Shown: positions 45,892 through 53,876, numbered from the stretch's first letter. The stretch: DNA of 64,000 nt from an uncultured Bacteroidales bacterium (GCA_947303715.1 CAMYYY010000005.1:15124-79123); one strand, 5' to 3'. A program made the numbers and translations. Notes: generated by a model not told the origin, from the letters alone.

Positions 45892-46185
45892 ATGAAAGCC
45901 ATATTTATAGCCTACGACCAAGCGTATAAAGAGCGCATCCAGACGCTCCTCGACCATAACGGCTGCCGGGGTTTCAGCATGTTTCCGCAGGTGCAGGGAC
46001 GCGGCAGCGTCAGCGGCGACCCCCACTACGGCAGCCACGCCTGGCCCTCGATGAACAGCGCCATCCTCACCATCGTCGACGACGCCCGCGTCGATGCCCT
46101 CCTCGACGCCCTCCACGCCCTCGACCTCGAGACAGAGAAGCTCGGCCTCCGCGCCTTCGTCTGGGACATCGAGAAAACCATCTGA
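45892..46185 (+). CDS. Small PII-like transporter-associated protein (resembles the PG0541 family)
   Basis: 97 aa directly after the RND pump, with a beta-alpha-beta pattern (MKAIFIAYDQAYKERIQTLLDHNGCRGFSMFPQVQGRG...). The family name is from memory and unverified. Confidence 0.45.
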   Translation: MKAIFIAYDQAYKERIQTLLDHNGCRGFSMFPQVQGRGSVSGDPHYGSHAWPSMNSAILTIVDDARVDALLDALHALDLETEKLGLRAFVWDIEKTI

Positions 46186-46247
46186 CGCCCCCGCCAGCAG
46201 CGGGCATTCATCCCCTCCGCTCTCCTTCGCGGACACACGGACAGAAA

Positions 46248-46309
46248 CAGGGTAACACCGCATGTGTTGGTGTTACCCTGTTACCGTGATACCGTGTTAC
46301 CGTGACACC
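46248..46309 (-). repeat. (GGTAWCAC)n array 1 with 12-bp-stem hairpin
   Basis: CAGGGTAACACC-gcatgtgtt-GGTGTTACCCTG is followed by GTGTTACC CTGTTACC GTGATACC GTGTTACC GTGACACC (46270-46309). Confidence 0.85.
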
Positions 46310-46315
46310 GCGCGT

Positions 46316-46747
46316 TTACTGCACGGGATAGAGGCTGCTCTTGACGTTCTGGAACTTGGCGTTGGCGATGGCGCGCTTCAGCTTCGGGCTCTGACGCCAG
46401 CGGATGCCCACGCCCTTAATGTACGTGCCCGGATCGAACGCGTCCGTGGGGATGACGGACTGGGCGAAACACTTGCTCTTGACGTTCGCCTCGATGATGC
46501 CCAGGTCGGTGACGCCGTCCTTGAGGTCGCACATCTGCCCCGCCAGAAGATGCTCGCGCAGATGCATACCCATGGCGCTGACGACGGCCACGATGTCGGC
46601 ACGCGTGCACGTGGTGTCACGCTCGATGGCCTGCACAATCTGGACGGGCGTCAGCGACTGCTCGCTGTAGGCGCGGTTGCAGGCATAGTCCACACCCTCG
46701 GCACCCTTCGGGTTACTGCACCCGACAACTTTATACTTGATAGACAT
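46316..46747 (-). CDS. Bacteroidales HU-like DNA-binding protein (paralog 1)
   Basis: 143 aa. MSIKYKVVGCSNPKGAEGVDYACNRA...TRADIVAVVSAM... aligns with the two neighbours. Confidence 0.75.
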   Translation of the reverse strand: MSIKYKVVGCSNPKGAEGVDYACNRAYSEQSLTPVQIVQAIERDTTCTRADIVAVVSAMGMHLREHLLAGQMCDLKDGVTDLGIIEANVKSKCFAQSVIPTDAFDPGTYIKGVGIRWRQSPKLKRAIANAKFQNVKSSLYPVQ

Positions 46748-46753
46748 AGGGGA

Positions 46754-46787
46754 AATTAGGAATTAGGAATTAGGAATTAGGAATTGG
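46754..46787. repeat. (AATTAGG)n heptamer spacer
   Basis: Lies directly upstream of the HU paralog 1 start. A second array at 47317-47352 sits upstream of paralog 2, and an inverted short copy at 36308-36321. Confidence 0.9.
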
Positions 46788-46875
46788 CAGCCTCCCCCTT
46801 ACCCCTCCTGAAGGAGGGGGGACTGATTACTACCGCTCGGGTCCCCTTCCCTTTAGGGGAGGGCTGGGGTGAGGC
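46788..46875 (+). repeat. GC-rich double-hairpin element, copy 1
   Basis: CAGCCTCCCCCTTACCCCTCCTGAAGGAGGGGGGACTGATTACTACCGCTCGGGTCCCCTTCCCTTTAGGGGAGGGCTGGGGTGAGGC. Confidence 0.85.
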
Positions 46876-46896
46876 TTCGGGGAGAGAGGCTATTCG

Positions 46897-47313
46897 TCAG
46901 GACATCAGCTCCGAGGGGTCGCGGCGCAGGGTGGCGTAGCGGCGGATGTACTTCTTCAGGTCGGCACTGGGCTGGAAGGCCACGCGGTAGCCCTTGATGT
47001 AGCTCTGCGGACGGAAGCCGTCCGTGGGGATGGCCGACTGGGCGAAGCACTTGCTCTTGAGCGAGGGACGGAACGAGCCGAAGTTCTGCATCGTCACCGT
47101 ACGGCCCTGCAGGATGCCCTGCTCAATCTCGTAGATGTAGGCGCTGATGACGGCCACCACGTCCGCTTCGGTGACGGTGGTGGAATGGCTGACGTCGGCA
47201 GCCAGCTCTTTCAGGCTGTACGTGCCCGACTTGGTGGCGCGGTTGCAGGCGTACTCGACACCCTCCGCACCCTTCGGGTTCGTGCACCCGACAACTTTGT
47301 AATGGATAGGCAT
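46897..47313 (-). CDS. Bacteroidales HU-like DNA-binding protein (paralog 2)
   Basis: 138 aa. MPIHYKVVGCTNPKGAEGVEYACNRA...TEADVVAVISAY... Confidence 0.75.
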   Translation of the reverse strand: MPIHYKVVGCTNPKGAEGVEYACNRATKSGTYSLKELAADVSHSTTVTEADVVAVISAYIYEIEQGILQGRTVTMQNFGSFRPSLKSKCFAQSAIPTDGFRPQSYIKGYRVAFQPSADLKKYIRRYATLRRDPSELMS

Positions 47314-47355
47314 AATGGAAATTAGGAATTAGGAATTTGGAATTAGGAATTATGA

Positions 47356-47443
47356 GCCTCACCCCAGCCCTCCCCTAAAGGGAAGGGAGCGCGAGCGGAA
47401 GTAATTAGTCCCCCCTCCTTCAGGAGGGGACGGGGGAGGCTTG
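47356..47443 (-). repeat. GC-rich double-hairpin element, copy 2 (inverted relative to copy 1)
   Basis: Its reverse complement matches 46788-46875 with roughly 10 mismatches. It overlaps the last codons of HU paralog 3. Confidence 0.85.
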
Positions 47444-47839
47444 GTCGGCGAGTTCGACGGTGGCGTTGTCGGCCATCCAGCGGCGGATGCCGATGAAGGG
47501 GATGAAGCGCAGGCGGAAGCCCTTGATGATGGTCTGCACGCGGAAGCCGGGCTGCTGCACCGTCTCGGCAGGCGTCAGCCGCGAGTCGACGTTGATGAAG
47601 AAGCGCCCCAGGCCGCGGTACTCCACCGAGCAGCCCTCGAGCAGACGGCGCTTGGTGTGCTCGATGAGGGCCTCCATGGCCGCCGCCACGTCGGCACGCG
47701 TCAGCGAACAGCTGTGGGCGATGTCGTCAGCCATCATGTCGAACGTGTAGAGCCCCGCCGACATGTGCTGCGCGGTCACCCCCGCGCCCCCGGCCTTGCG
47801 GGGATTGGTGTTGTGGTTGAGAATGCATTTCAGTGACAT
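47420..47839 (-). CDS. Bacteroidales HU-like DNA-binding protein (paralog 3, most divergent)
   Basis: 139 aa. ...NTNPRKAGGAGVTAQH...LTRADVAAAMEAL... has the same layout as paralogs 1 and 2. Confidence 0.65.
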   Translation of the reverse strand: MSLKCILNHNTNPRKAGGAGVTAQHMSAGLYTFDMMADDIAHSCSLTRADVAAAMEALIEHTKRRLLEGCSVEYRGLGRFFINVDSRLTPAETVQQPGFRVQTIIKGFRLRFIPFIGIRRWMADNATVELADQASPVPS

Positions 47840-48138
47840 GGCTTTGTTGGGTGTGTCAAGAAGTTGTTTTTTTTTATGAACAGAGAAGAGGATATATGGC
47901 GGTGGCGGGAAAGAAGAGAAATTTTGGAACGTACTTCAGGAAAATCCAAAGCTGCATCTGAACGTTCCTGAGCGCGGCGGCGAAGTGGGAGGCGGCACGC
48001 GCGGCCCGCGCCGCATTACGTCATGCCCTCCATATATATAGTATCCCGAAAAAATCGAAAAATTACGATTTTACCCCATTTTTTTCAACTTTTTTCAAAA
48101 TAGCACTCACAGCGCCTTCTCGCCGGGGGGGGCGTCGC

Positions 48139-48333
48139 GGTATCAGGTATCACGGTATCACGGTATCACACAGACACCCTCACTTTCGCCGCCCCTGTTT
48201 CTATAGGTGGTTTATATTATATATTTATATCAAAGAAAAAAGAGAAATACAAAGAGAACAAAGAAAGTAAAAAAGGGTGAAACGGGTATCATAGGTGTCT
48301 GCGTGATACCGTGATACCTGATACCGTGATACC
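48139..48333. repeat. 40-bp inverted repeats built from (GGTATCAC)n, flanking a 115-bp AT-rich spacer
   Basis: The left arm (48139-48178) is GGTATCAGGTATCACGGTATCACGGTATCACACAGACACC. The reverse complement of the right arm (48294-48333) is GGTATCACGGTATCAGGTATCACGGTATCACGCAGACACC. Confidence 0.85.
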
Positions 48334-48698
48334 CCCCACACCCCGTCATCCCTGCCGTCAGCCTGTCGGCTGTCCATCCTGTTATAGACATCGTTGAGAT
48401 CGACCACATAAATCTGCAAGCAGAGGTCACGTATCTGGCATGAAATAACTCAAATATCAGCATATTTATGAACTTTTATTGTTGATGTTCAAATTTATTG
48501 TGTAACTTTGTGTGCAAAATATGACAAATTGAATAATACCGTCAATTTTGCAAAAGGAAAATAGTTAATGTACACATCAACCGCATCAAAACGATTTTCG
48601 GCAGAGAAAGAGGCAAGTCTATTGAATGGCTATAAGAAAAGATTGACCGCAATACTAGAAATAATTGCAGTATGATAATCCATAAAAAGTAGTAGGAG

Positions 48699-50042
48699 AT
48701 GACAAAATACAGCGCAAATAATATAATTAACAAGAATTCGAAAGCTTATCATGACATCGTCAGTTTTCAAAAGACACTCGGAGATATTATAGATGAGAAC
48801 AGATGTGATGAAAGTCAATATCCTATCATCCTATTTCCTAATAGTTTAGTGGATTACATTGATGAATTTCGTGACCTTGATCCTGACAAATATCTTTCTG
48901 TTGGAAATATTATGAACTTCATTATTAAAAATGGCGAAGATACAGAAACGATACAGAACGATTGGCAAAAGTATAAGAACGAGCCAATAGTACCTACATT
49001 ATACGTCCCAAGGCCCAGAACTCCCCAAAAGAAAGTTGCGCATAAACATGAGGTGCTCACCAAACAAAAGGAAGAAATTAAAGTATTCCGTCCTGGAGGT
49101 TGTTTGATCTTGTCAAGTTTGTTATTTCTCATTTTGTTAGTTATGACTATCGCAAACAAAGATGCGGGCTATATTCTATATTTCCTTTTGTGGATTCCGG
49201 CAATACTTTTAGGTGTAGCACAGGAGGGATTGGGTGAAAAAATCAAAAAAACAGTATTTCGAAAACGAAGCAAAGAGGACATTAAACGTGATGAAGAAAA
49301 AGCGGAATTCGATTATCAGCAGCAAATGGATATATTCGAAGAAGATTACCAAAAACAATTAGAATACAACAAAAAACTGCCCACTTTGATAAAGCAATAT
49401 GAGGAGGAATATGAGATAGAGAAAGAAAAATTTCAAAAAAAGATAGAAGAACGAGAGGATTATTGGAATAAACTACCAATATTAATTGACAAGGAATTCT
49501 GCCGTGCATTTTCTTGCATGATATTGGAAAAAATATCTACGCAGGTTGAGTATAAACGCATAGACCAAGAAAACATGCCTCAAAAAGGTGCAACAGAGGA
49601 TACACTTTTTTATGCCCTCATGAAATATGGAGTGACAGACATTAAAACAGATGTGTTTGTCAATGATTATTACCCAGATATAGCAATCATTGGATGTGGC
49701 TATATGATTGATATAGAAATAGATGAACCTTACACCCATAAAACAAAGAGACTTACTCATTACATAGGATGCGGAGATGAGGAACGTAATGCCAAATTCC
49801 AAGAGACGGGAGCATTTGTTATCCGTTTCTCTGAAGAACAAATAACTAATAATTTGGGTACATGTGTAGAAATTGTATCCAAAATCCAGGGTTTTGCAAA
49901 GACTGGTAATTGTATTTATTTGAATGAAGTTCAAAAGTTGTACTATTCAATAGCTCAAGATCGTTGGACTAAAGAAGATGCACGATGTTATATGATAGAA
50001 GACAGTAGAGAAAAACAAAAAAGAAAAGAAAATGGGAACTGA
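48699..50042 (+). CDS. Membrane-anchored protein with C-terminal DUF559/Vsr-like PD-(D/E)xK endonuclease domain
   Basis: 447 aa. It has two TM helices (GGCLILSSLLFLILLVMTIA, GYILYFLLWIPAILLGVA) and an E/K-rich coiled coil. The C-terminus is TEDTLFYALMKYG...YYPDIAII...IDIEIDEPYTH...ERNAKFQETGAFVIRFSEEQI. It lies in the AT-rich island. Confidence 0.5.
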   Translation: MTKYSANNIINKNSKAYHDIVSFQKTLGDIIDENRCDESQYPIILFPNSLVDYIDEFRDLDPDKYLSVGNIMNFIIKNGEDTETIQNDWQKYKNEPIVPTLYVPRPRTPQKKVAHKHEVLTKQKEEIKVFRPGGCLILSSLLFLILLVMTIANKDAGYILYFLLWIPAILLGVAQEGLGEKIKKTVFRKRSKEDIKRDEEKAEFDYQQQMDIFEEDYQKQLEYNKKLPTLIKQYEEEYEIEKEKFQKKIEEREDYWNKLPILIDKEFCRAFSCMILEKISTQVEYKRIDQENMPQKGATEDTLFYALMKYGVTDIKTDVFVNDYYPDIAIIGCGYMIDIEIDEPYTHKTKRLTHYIGCGDEERNAKFQETGAFVIRFSEEQITNNLGTCVEIVSKIQGFAKTGNCIYLNEVQKLYYSIAQDRWTKEDARCYMIEDSREKQKRKENGN

Positions 50043-50889
50043 CACGTTATATATAATTGGTAACGGATTTGATCGCCATCATGAAATCAAATCAAGTTAT
50101 TTGGATTTCAAAGAATGGTTAAACATCAACAATCATCCATTATTTGAAAAAGCAGATTTGGCATTTAGAAACAATACCGAATTCTGGAGTGATATGGAAA
50201 CACAGCTTGGGCATTTGGACACAGAGCAGTTTCATAAAGATAATTTCAAAGAAATAAGTTTACCTGCAAATAAGGATTTCTACTTTAGCGACTTTCAAAA
50301 TCATTCATCGGAGAAGGCATTAAGAATAATGGTTGAAGAGTTCATTGAGAATCTTAAGCTGTGGGTTCTTTCCTTTGATTATTCCTATGTGAAAGCTGAT
50401 GTCAGTCTCAATAAAAATGCATTCTTCATTACGTTCAACTATACTGATACATTGGAAACGTGTTATGGAGTGCCCAATAATCAAATCCTTTATATACATG
50501 GGAGAGCAAACTCTAATGATAAGCTTATTTTAGGTAGCGGTGTAAGTTCTGGAGACATACTTGAAAATGTTTTTTGTGGTGAATATACAGGTGATGAAGA
50601 TTTTGACAATCTGATTATGGAAGCGGGAAAACTAAAGAAACCTGTTTATCCGATTATACATAAGAATTCTCAGGTTTTCAAGAAACATAATGAACTTGAA
50701 AAAATAACCGTTATTGGATTTTCGTTTTCAGAAATAGATATCCCGTATTTGGAACGTCTAAATTCTCTAAATCCACAGGTTGCAAAATGGAATTTGTGTT
50801 TTCACACATTTGGGGATTTGCGTAGAATTGTCAAGTTCATAAAAACGAGTGGAATATCATGCGACAGAGTGCAGTTGAATTGTTTTTAA
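50032..50889 (+). CDS. AbiH-family abortive-infection protein
   Basis: 285 aa. The N-terminus TLYIIGNGFDRHHEIKSSYLDFKEWL is the AbiH signature. The start overlaps the upstream gene by 11 nt. Confidence 0.7.
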   Translation: MGTDTLYIIGNGFDRHHEIKSSYLDFKEWLNINNHPLFEKADLAFRNNTEFWSDMETQLGHLDTEQFHKDNFKEISLPANKDFYFSDFQNHSSEKALRIMVEEFIENLKLWVLSFDYSYVKADVSLNKNAFFITFNYTDTLETCYGVPNNQILYIHGRANSNDKLILGSGVSSGDILENVFCGEYTGDEDFDNLIMEAGKLKKPVYPIIHKNSQVFKKHNELEKITVIGFSFSEIDIPYLERLNSLNPQVAKWNLCFHTFGDLRRIVKFIKTSGISCDRVQLNCF

Positions 50890-51026
50890 AGTGAGAGCAT
50901 ATGACGAACGAGATATTCATCATAGAAGTAGACTCCGATGGGGTAATCGCAAATCACAAGGACATGCACTTCGATAGATTTCAGGCAATCGACAGGGTGT
51001 AAAACGTTATAAATTAAAAGAATACT

Positions 51027-52568
51027 ATGGCACTAGCAATAAACATAGAAGACCTGCTGAACAAGCAGAAAATTGAATCCAACAGGATAGAATTCAAGAA
51101 AGGTTGGAATCCGGCAAGCATATATCATAGTGTATGTGCTTTCGCAAATGATTTCGAAGATCTTGGCGGTGGATACATACTCGTGGGCGTAGATTGTGAT
51201 AATACAGGTAGGGCAATCCGTCCTGTAGAAGGAGTTCCCGTTGAGAAGATTGACGGTATCCTTCAGGAGATGGTGGGCTATAACAATAAGTTGTCTCCAT
51301 ACTACATGCCCAGGACTAGCGTTGAGGACGTGGATGGTCGGGAGGTGCTGGTGATATGGTGTCCTGCGGGCATCAATAGACCTTACTCTGTGACTGAAAA
51401 TGTAACGGCAAAGAGCGGCAGTAAGGATTACTTCTACGTCCGTAGTGGGACGAGTAGCATTATCGCTAAGGGTGATGTGCTTGACGAATTACGTGAGTTA
51501 GCCAGTCGTGTTCCCTTCGATGAGCGTGGAAATCCGGATATTACGGTGGAGGACATCTCCACGATTCTTTTGCGCGAATACTTGGTGAAGGTGGGTAGCA
51601 AACTGGCCAATGAACTATATCAGCGACCCTTGAATGAAATCTTGGAGCAGATGGACTTGTTTGTGGGCCCAACGGAAAACAGAATGCTGAGAAATGTGGC
51701 GGCGATGATGTTCTGCGAGGATCCATGCAAGTTTTTCAAACGGACACAGGTTGAGATAGTTTTTTTTCCTGAAGGGAGACTTAAGAACCCTAACAGCCTA
51801 TACGAGGGACCGGTGATAACTGGCTCTGTGACGCAGATTATCAATCGCACACTTGAATACCTGAACCGTATGTTGGTGATGCAGACGGTCGTCAAGCCCA
51901 AAGATGATAACCGTAGTCAGAAGTTCTTTACATACCCCTATCAGGCATTGGAAGAAAGTGTCACGAATTCGCTTTATCACAGAGATTATCGCGAATGGGA
52001 ACCTGTAGTGATTACAGTTGAGCCACAGGGAATTACCATCCAGAATGTGGGCGGTCCTGACCGAAGTATATCAAAAGCAGACATAGAGCGGGGTGAACTA
52101 TTCATTTCGAAACGCTACCGTAACCGCAGACTAGGCGAATACTTGAAGGAACTGGATTTGACGGAAGGTAGAAGCACTGGAATCCCAACCATTCAGAACG
52201 AGTTAAAGGAAAACGGCTCTCCACGTGCTATAGTAGTAACTGATGAAGACCGCACTTTTTTCCGCATCACTATCCCATGTCATGAATTAGCCGGCAACAT
52301 CATCGCAGACATTGCAAGCAAGGACAATTCACAAAAGGGTTCACAAAAAGATTCACAAAAGAGTTCACAAAAGAATCAGAATTCACAAATGATTATGGAT
52401 ATGATTCGACTGAACCCGAATGTGACTACTTCTGATATGGCAGAAAAGATTGGCATTTCACGCCGCACTATTGCAAAGATTACAAACAAGCTTCAAACTG
52501 AAGGTGTAATACGTCGCGTCGGAGCTCGAAAAGACGGTCATTGGGAAGTTATTGACAGAGAAAATTAA
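51027..52568 (+). CDS. Schlafen/AlbA_2-type (divergent AAA) + HATPase_c_4-like + C-terminal winged-HTH protein
   Basis: 513 aa. The N-terminus is LLNKQKIESNRIEFKKGWNP...CAFANDFEDLGGGYILVGV, and the mid region has SVTNSLYHRDY. An SQKGSQKDSQKSSQKNQNSQ linker precedes the HTH MAEKIGISRRTIAKITNKLQTEGVIRRVG. Confidence 0.75.
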   Translation: MALAINIEDLLNKQKIESNRIEFKKGWNPASIYHSVCAFANDFEDLGGGYILVGVDCDNTGRAIRPVEGVPVEKIDGILQEMVGYNNKLSPYYMPRTSVEDVDGREVLVIWCPAGINRPYSVTENVTAKSGSKDYFYVRSGTSSIIAKGDVLDELRELASRVPFDERGNPDITVEDISTILLREYLVKVGSKLANELYQRPLNEILEQMDLFVGPTENRMLRNVAAMMFCEDPCKFFKRTQVEIVFFPEGRLKNPNSLYEGPVITGSVTQIINRTLEYLNRMLVMQTVVKPKDDNRSQKFFTYPYQALEESVTNSLYHRDYREWEPVVITVEPQGITIQNVGGPDRSISKADIERGELFISKRYRNRRLGEYLKELDLTEGRSTGIPTIQNELKENGSPRAIVVTDEDRTFFRITIPCHELAGNIIADIASKDNSQKGSQKDSQKSSQKNQNSQMIMDMIRLNPNVTTSDMAEKIGISRRTIAKITNKLQTEGVIRRVGARKDGHWEVIDREN

Positions 52569-52581
52569 GAACAAAGGAAGC

Positions 52582-52700
52582 ATGGATGTGTTATTAGGAA
52601 ACAAAAACTAAGAAATACGTGACGAACAGGATATACGTCAACGACAATTGGCGGATATGCTGGATATAGATGTACCTATGTTCAACAGACAATCATGGGT
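52582..52700 (+). pseudogene. Decayed XRE-family HTH gene (in-frame stop, truncated after helix 3)
   Basis: It reads MDVLLGNKN*EIRDEQDIRQRQLADMLDIDVPMFNRQSW, with TAA at 52609-52611. HTH_3-like similarity ends where the composition switches back to GC-rich at about 52700. Confidence 0.5.
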
Positions 52701-52776
52701 CGGGGTATGCCTCATGCCCCCCTCCGCTCAGGCCGGAAAATTGTGGAAAAAGTGTGGATAACTTTTGCAGGAATCG

Positions 52777-52808
52777 TTTGGAGGTGTGAGGGGAATGTTG
52801 TATCTTTG
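52777..52808 (+). promoter_or_regulatory. Promoter (-33 TTTG, 20 nt, -7 TATCTTTG)
   Basis: TTTG at 52777-52780 and TATCTTTG at 52801-52808, 23 nt before ATG 52832. Confidence 0.6.
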
Positions 52809-52831
52809 TCGTATCTAACTGAGATGGCAAT

Positions 52832-53248
52832 ATGGCACAGGATAACACTCTCGAAGGGGCAGCGATGACGATGGAAACGCTTCAGCTGATTGACGACTAT
52901 GAGACGCTCAAAGGCAAGTACGACGAACTGAAGAGAAAGTACGCGGCGTCGCGAAGCGAAAACGACGTGCTGCGCGAACAGATGGCGGCGCTGCACGAGC
53001 AGCAGGCCTACATGCTGCGCAACCCCCGGCCGTCGGCCGAGATGGAGCAGCAGATGGAGGCCCTCGCCGAACGCTGCGAAAAGGCAGAACGGCTGCTGGC
53101 GCTGCGCAACAGGGAACTGAGCGAGCTGCGGGCGGAACTGCAGCAGCGCACGGAGGCGCAGCAGACGGTGAACATCCACTCCGGAGGGCTGTACGTCAAC
53201 ACCCTCGACAAGCAGTTCAACGGCTTCAAGCCGGAACTGGTAAGCTAA
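52832..53248 (+). CDS. Coiled-coil hypothetical protein
   Basis: 138 aa with heptad-rich E/L/R/Q sequence and a promoter upstream. Preferred over the antisense ORF 52712-53257. Confidence 0.5.
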   Translation: MAQDNTLEGAAMTMETLQLIDDYETLKGKYDELKRKYAASRSENDVLREQMAALHEQQAYMLRNPRPSAEMEQQMEALAERCEKAERLLALRNRELSELRAELQQRTEAQQTVNIHSGGLYVNTLDKQFNGFKPELVS

Positions 53249-53277
53249 CACAAACACACAAAATCTGACACAACACT

Positions 53278-53817
53278 ATGGGCGACAGGATTTTCAACAT
53301 GGAAAAGGGTGCCATCTACATCGAGCACCTCGAGAACCAGGTCAACTACTTCACGACGGACAAGGTGCAGGTGGTCAACGCCTCGCCCTTGCCTCCCCCG
53401 GCCGAAACGGTCACACCTTCTCCCACTCCCACACCGCCGCTGACGCCGGAGGAGCGGACGCGGCAGAGCGTGCGCGACGCGCTCGGCACGATGGCGCGTA
53501 AGCTGCAGACGGAGGAGTTGAAGGACCTGCCCCGTACGGCCTTGTGGCAGGGCGTCTACCGCGTGCTGGAGGACCGCGGCATCGTCAAGGCCGAGGACTA
53601 TGCAGGGTTCGGACGGTACATCAACGCGCTGGAGGTGGAGGGGATGACGCTGGCCGACAACGGCAAGAGCATCAGCAAGACCGACGGCGGCATACTGAGG
53701 AAACCGCTGGCAGAGTGGAACCCGACGAGTTTCGACGGCCGGAAGAGCACGTACGACCGGTTTCACCTGGCCGCCACCACCTTCGACGAAATCCTCACAG
53801 CGTGTATGAAAAACTGA
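53278..53817 (+). CDS. Hypothetical protein with Pro/Thr-rich linker
   Basis: 179 aa with PLPPPAETVTPSPTPTPPLTPEE between two small domains. No family recognised. Confidence 0.45.
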   Translation: MGDRIFNMEKGAIYIEHLENQVNYFTTDKVQVVNASPLPPPAETVTPSPTPTPPLTPEERTRQSVRDALGTMARKLQTEELKDLPRTALWQGVYRVLEDRGIVKAEDYAGFGRYINALEVEGMTLADNGKSISKTDGGILRKPLAEWNPTSFDGRKSTYDRFHLAATTFDEILTACMKN

Positions 53818-53831
53818 GTAGACACGTAAAA

Positions 53832-53876
53832 GCGGTATCAGGTATCACGGTATCACGCGTAACACGCTGATACCGC
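53832..53876 (+). repeat. (GGTAWCAC)n array 4
   Basis: GCGGTATCAGGTATCACGGTATCACGCGTAACACGCTGATACCGC. The first 26 nt are identical to 48137-48162, and the ends form a 9-bp hairpin (GCGGTATCA/TGATACCGC). Confidence 0.85.

Noticed and set aside
48568-48675. Small ORFs inside the island that the track does not list. One is a 35-aa ORF (MYTSTASKRFSAEKEASLLNGYKKRLTAILEIIAV) just upstream of the nuclease gene. The other is a 33-aa ORF at 50901-51002 (MTNEIFIIEVDSDGVIANHKDMHFDRFQAIDRV).
   Set aside because: They are too short to support from sequence alone and I recognise no motif. They could be leader peptides or antitoxin-like partners, so they are worth a look in ribosome profiling, but I do not call them as features.
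48694-48698. AGGAG immediately before the ATG of the nuclease gene, as a possible Shine-Dalgarno site.
   Set aside because: The spacing to the ATG is essentially zero, too short for SD function, and Bacteroidales rarely use SD. It is probably coincidental or a relic of the donor genome.
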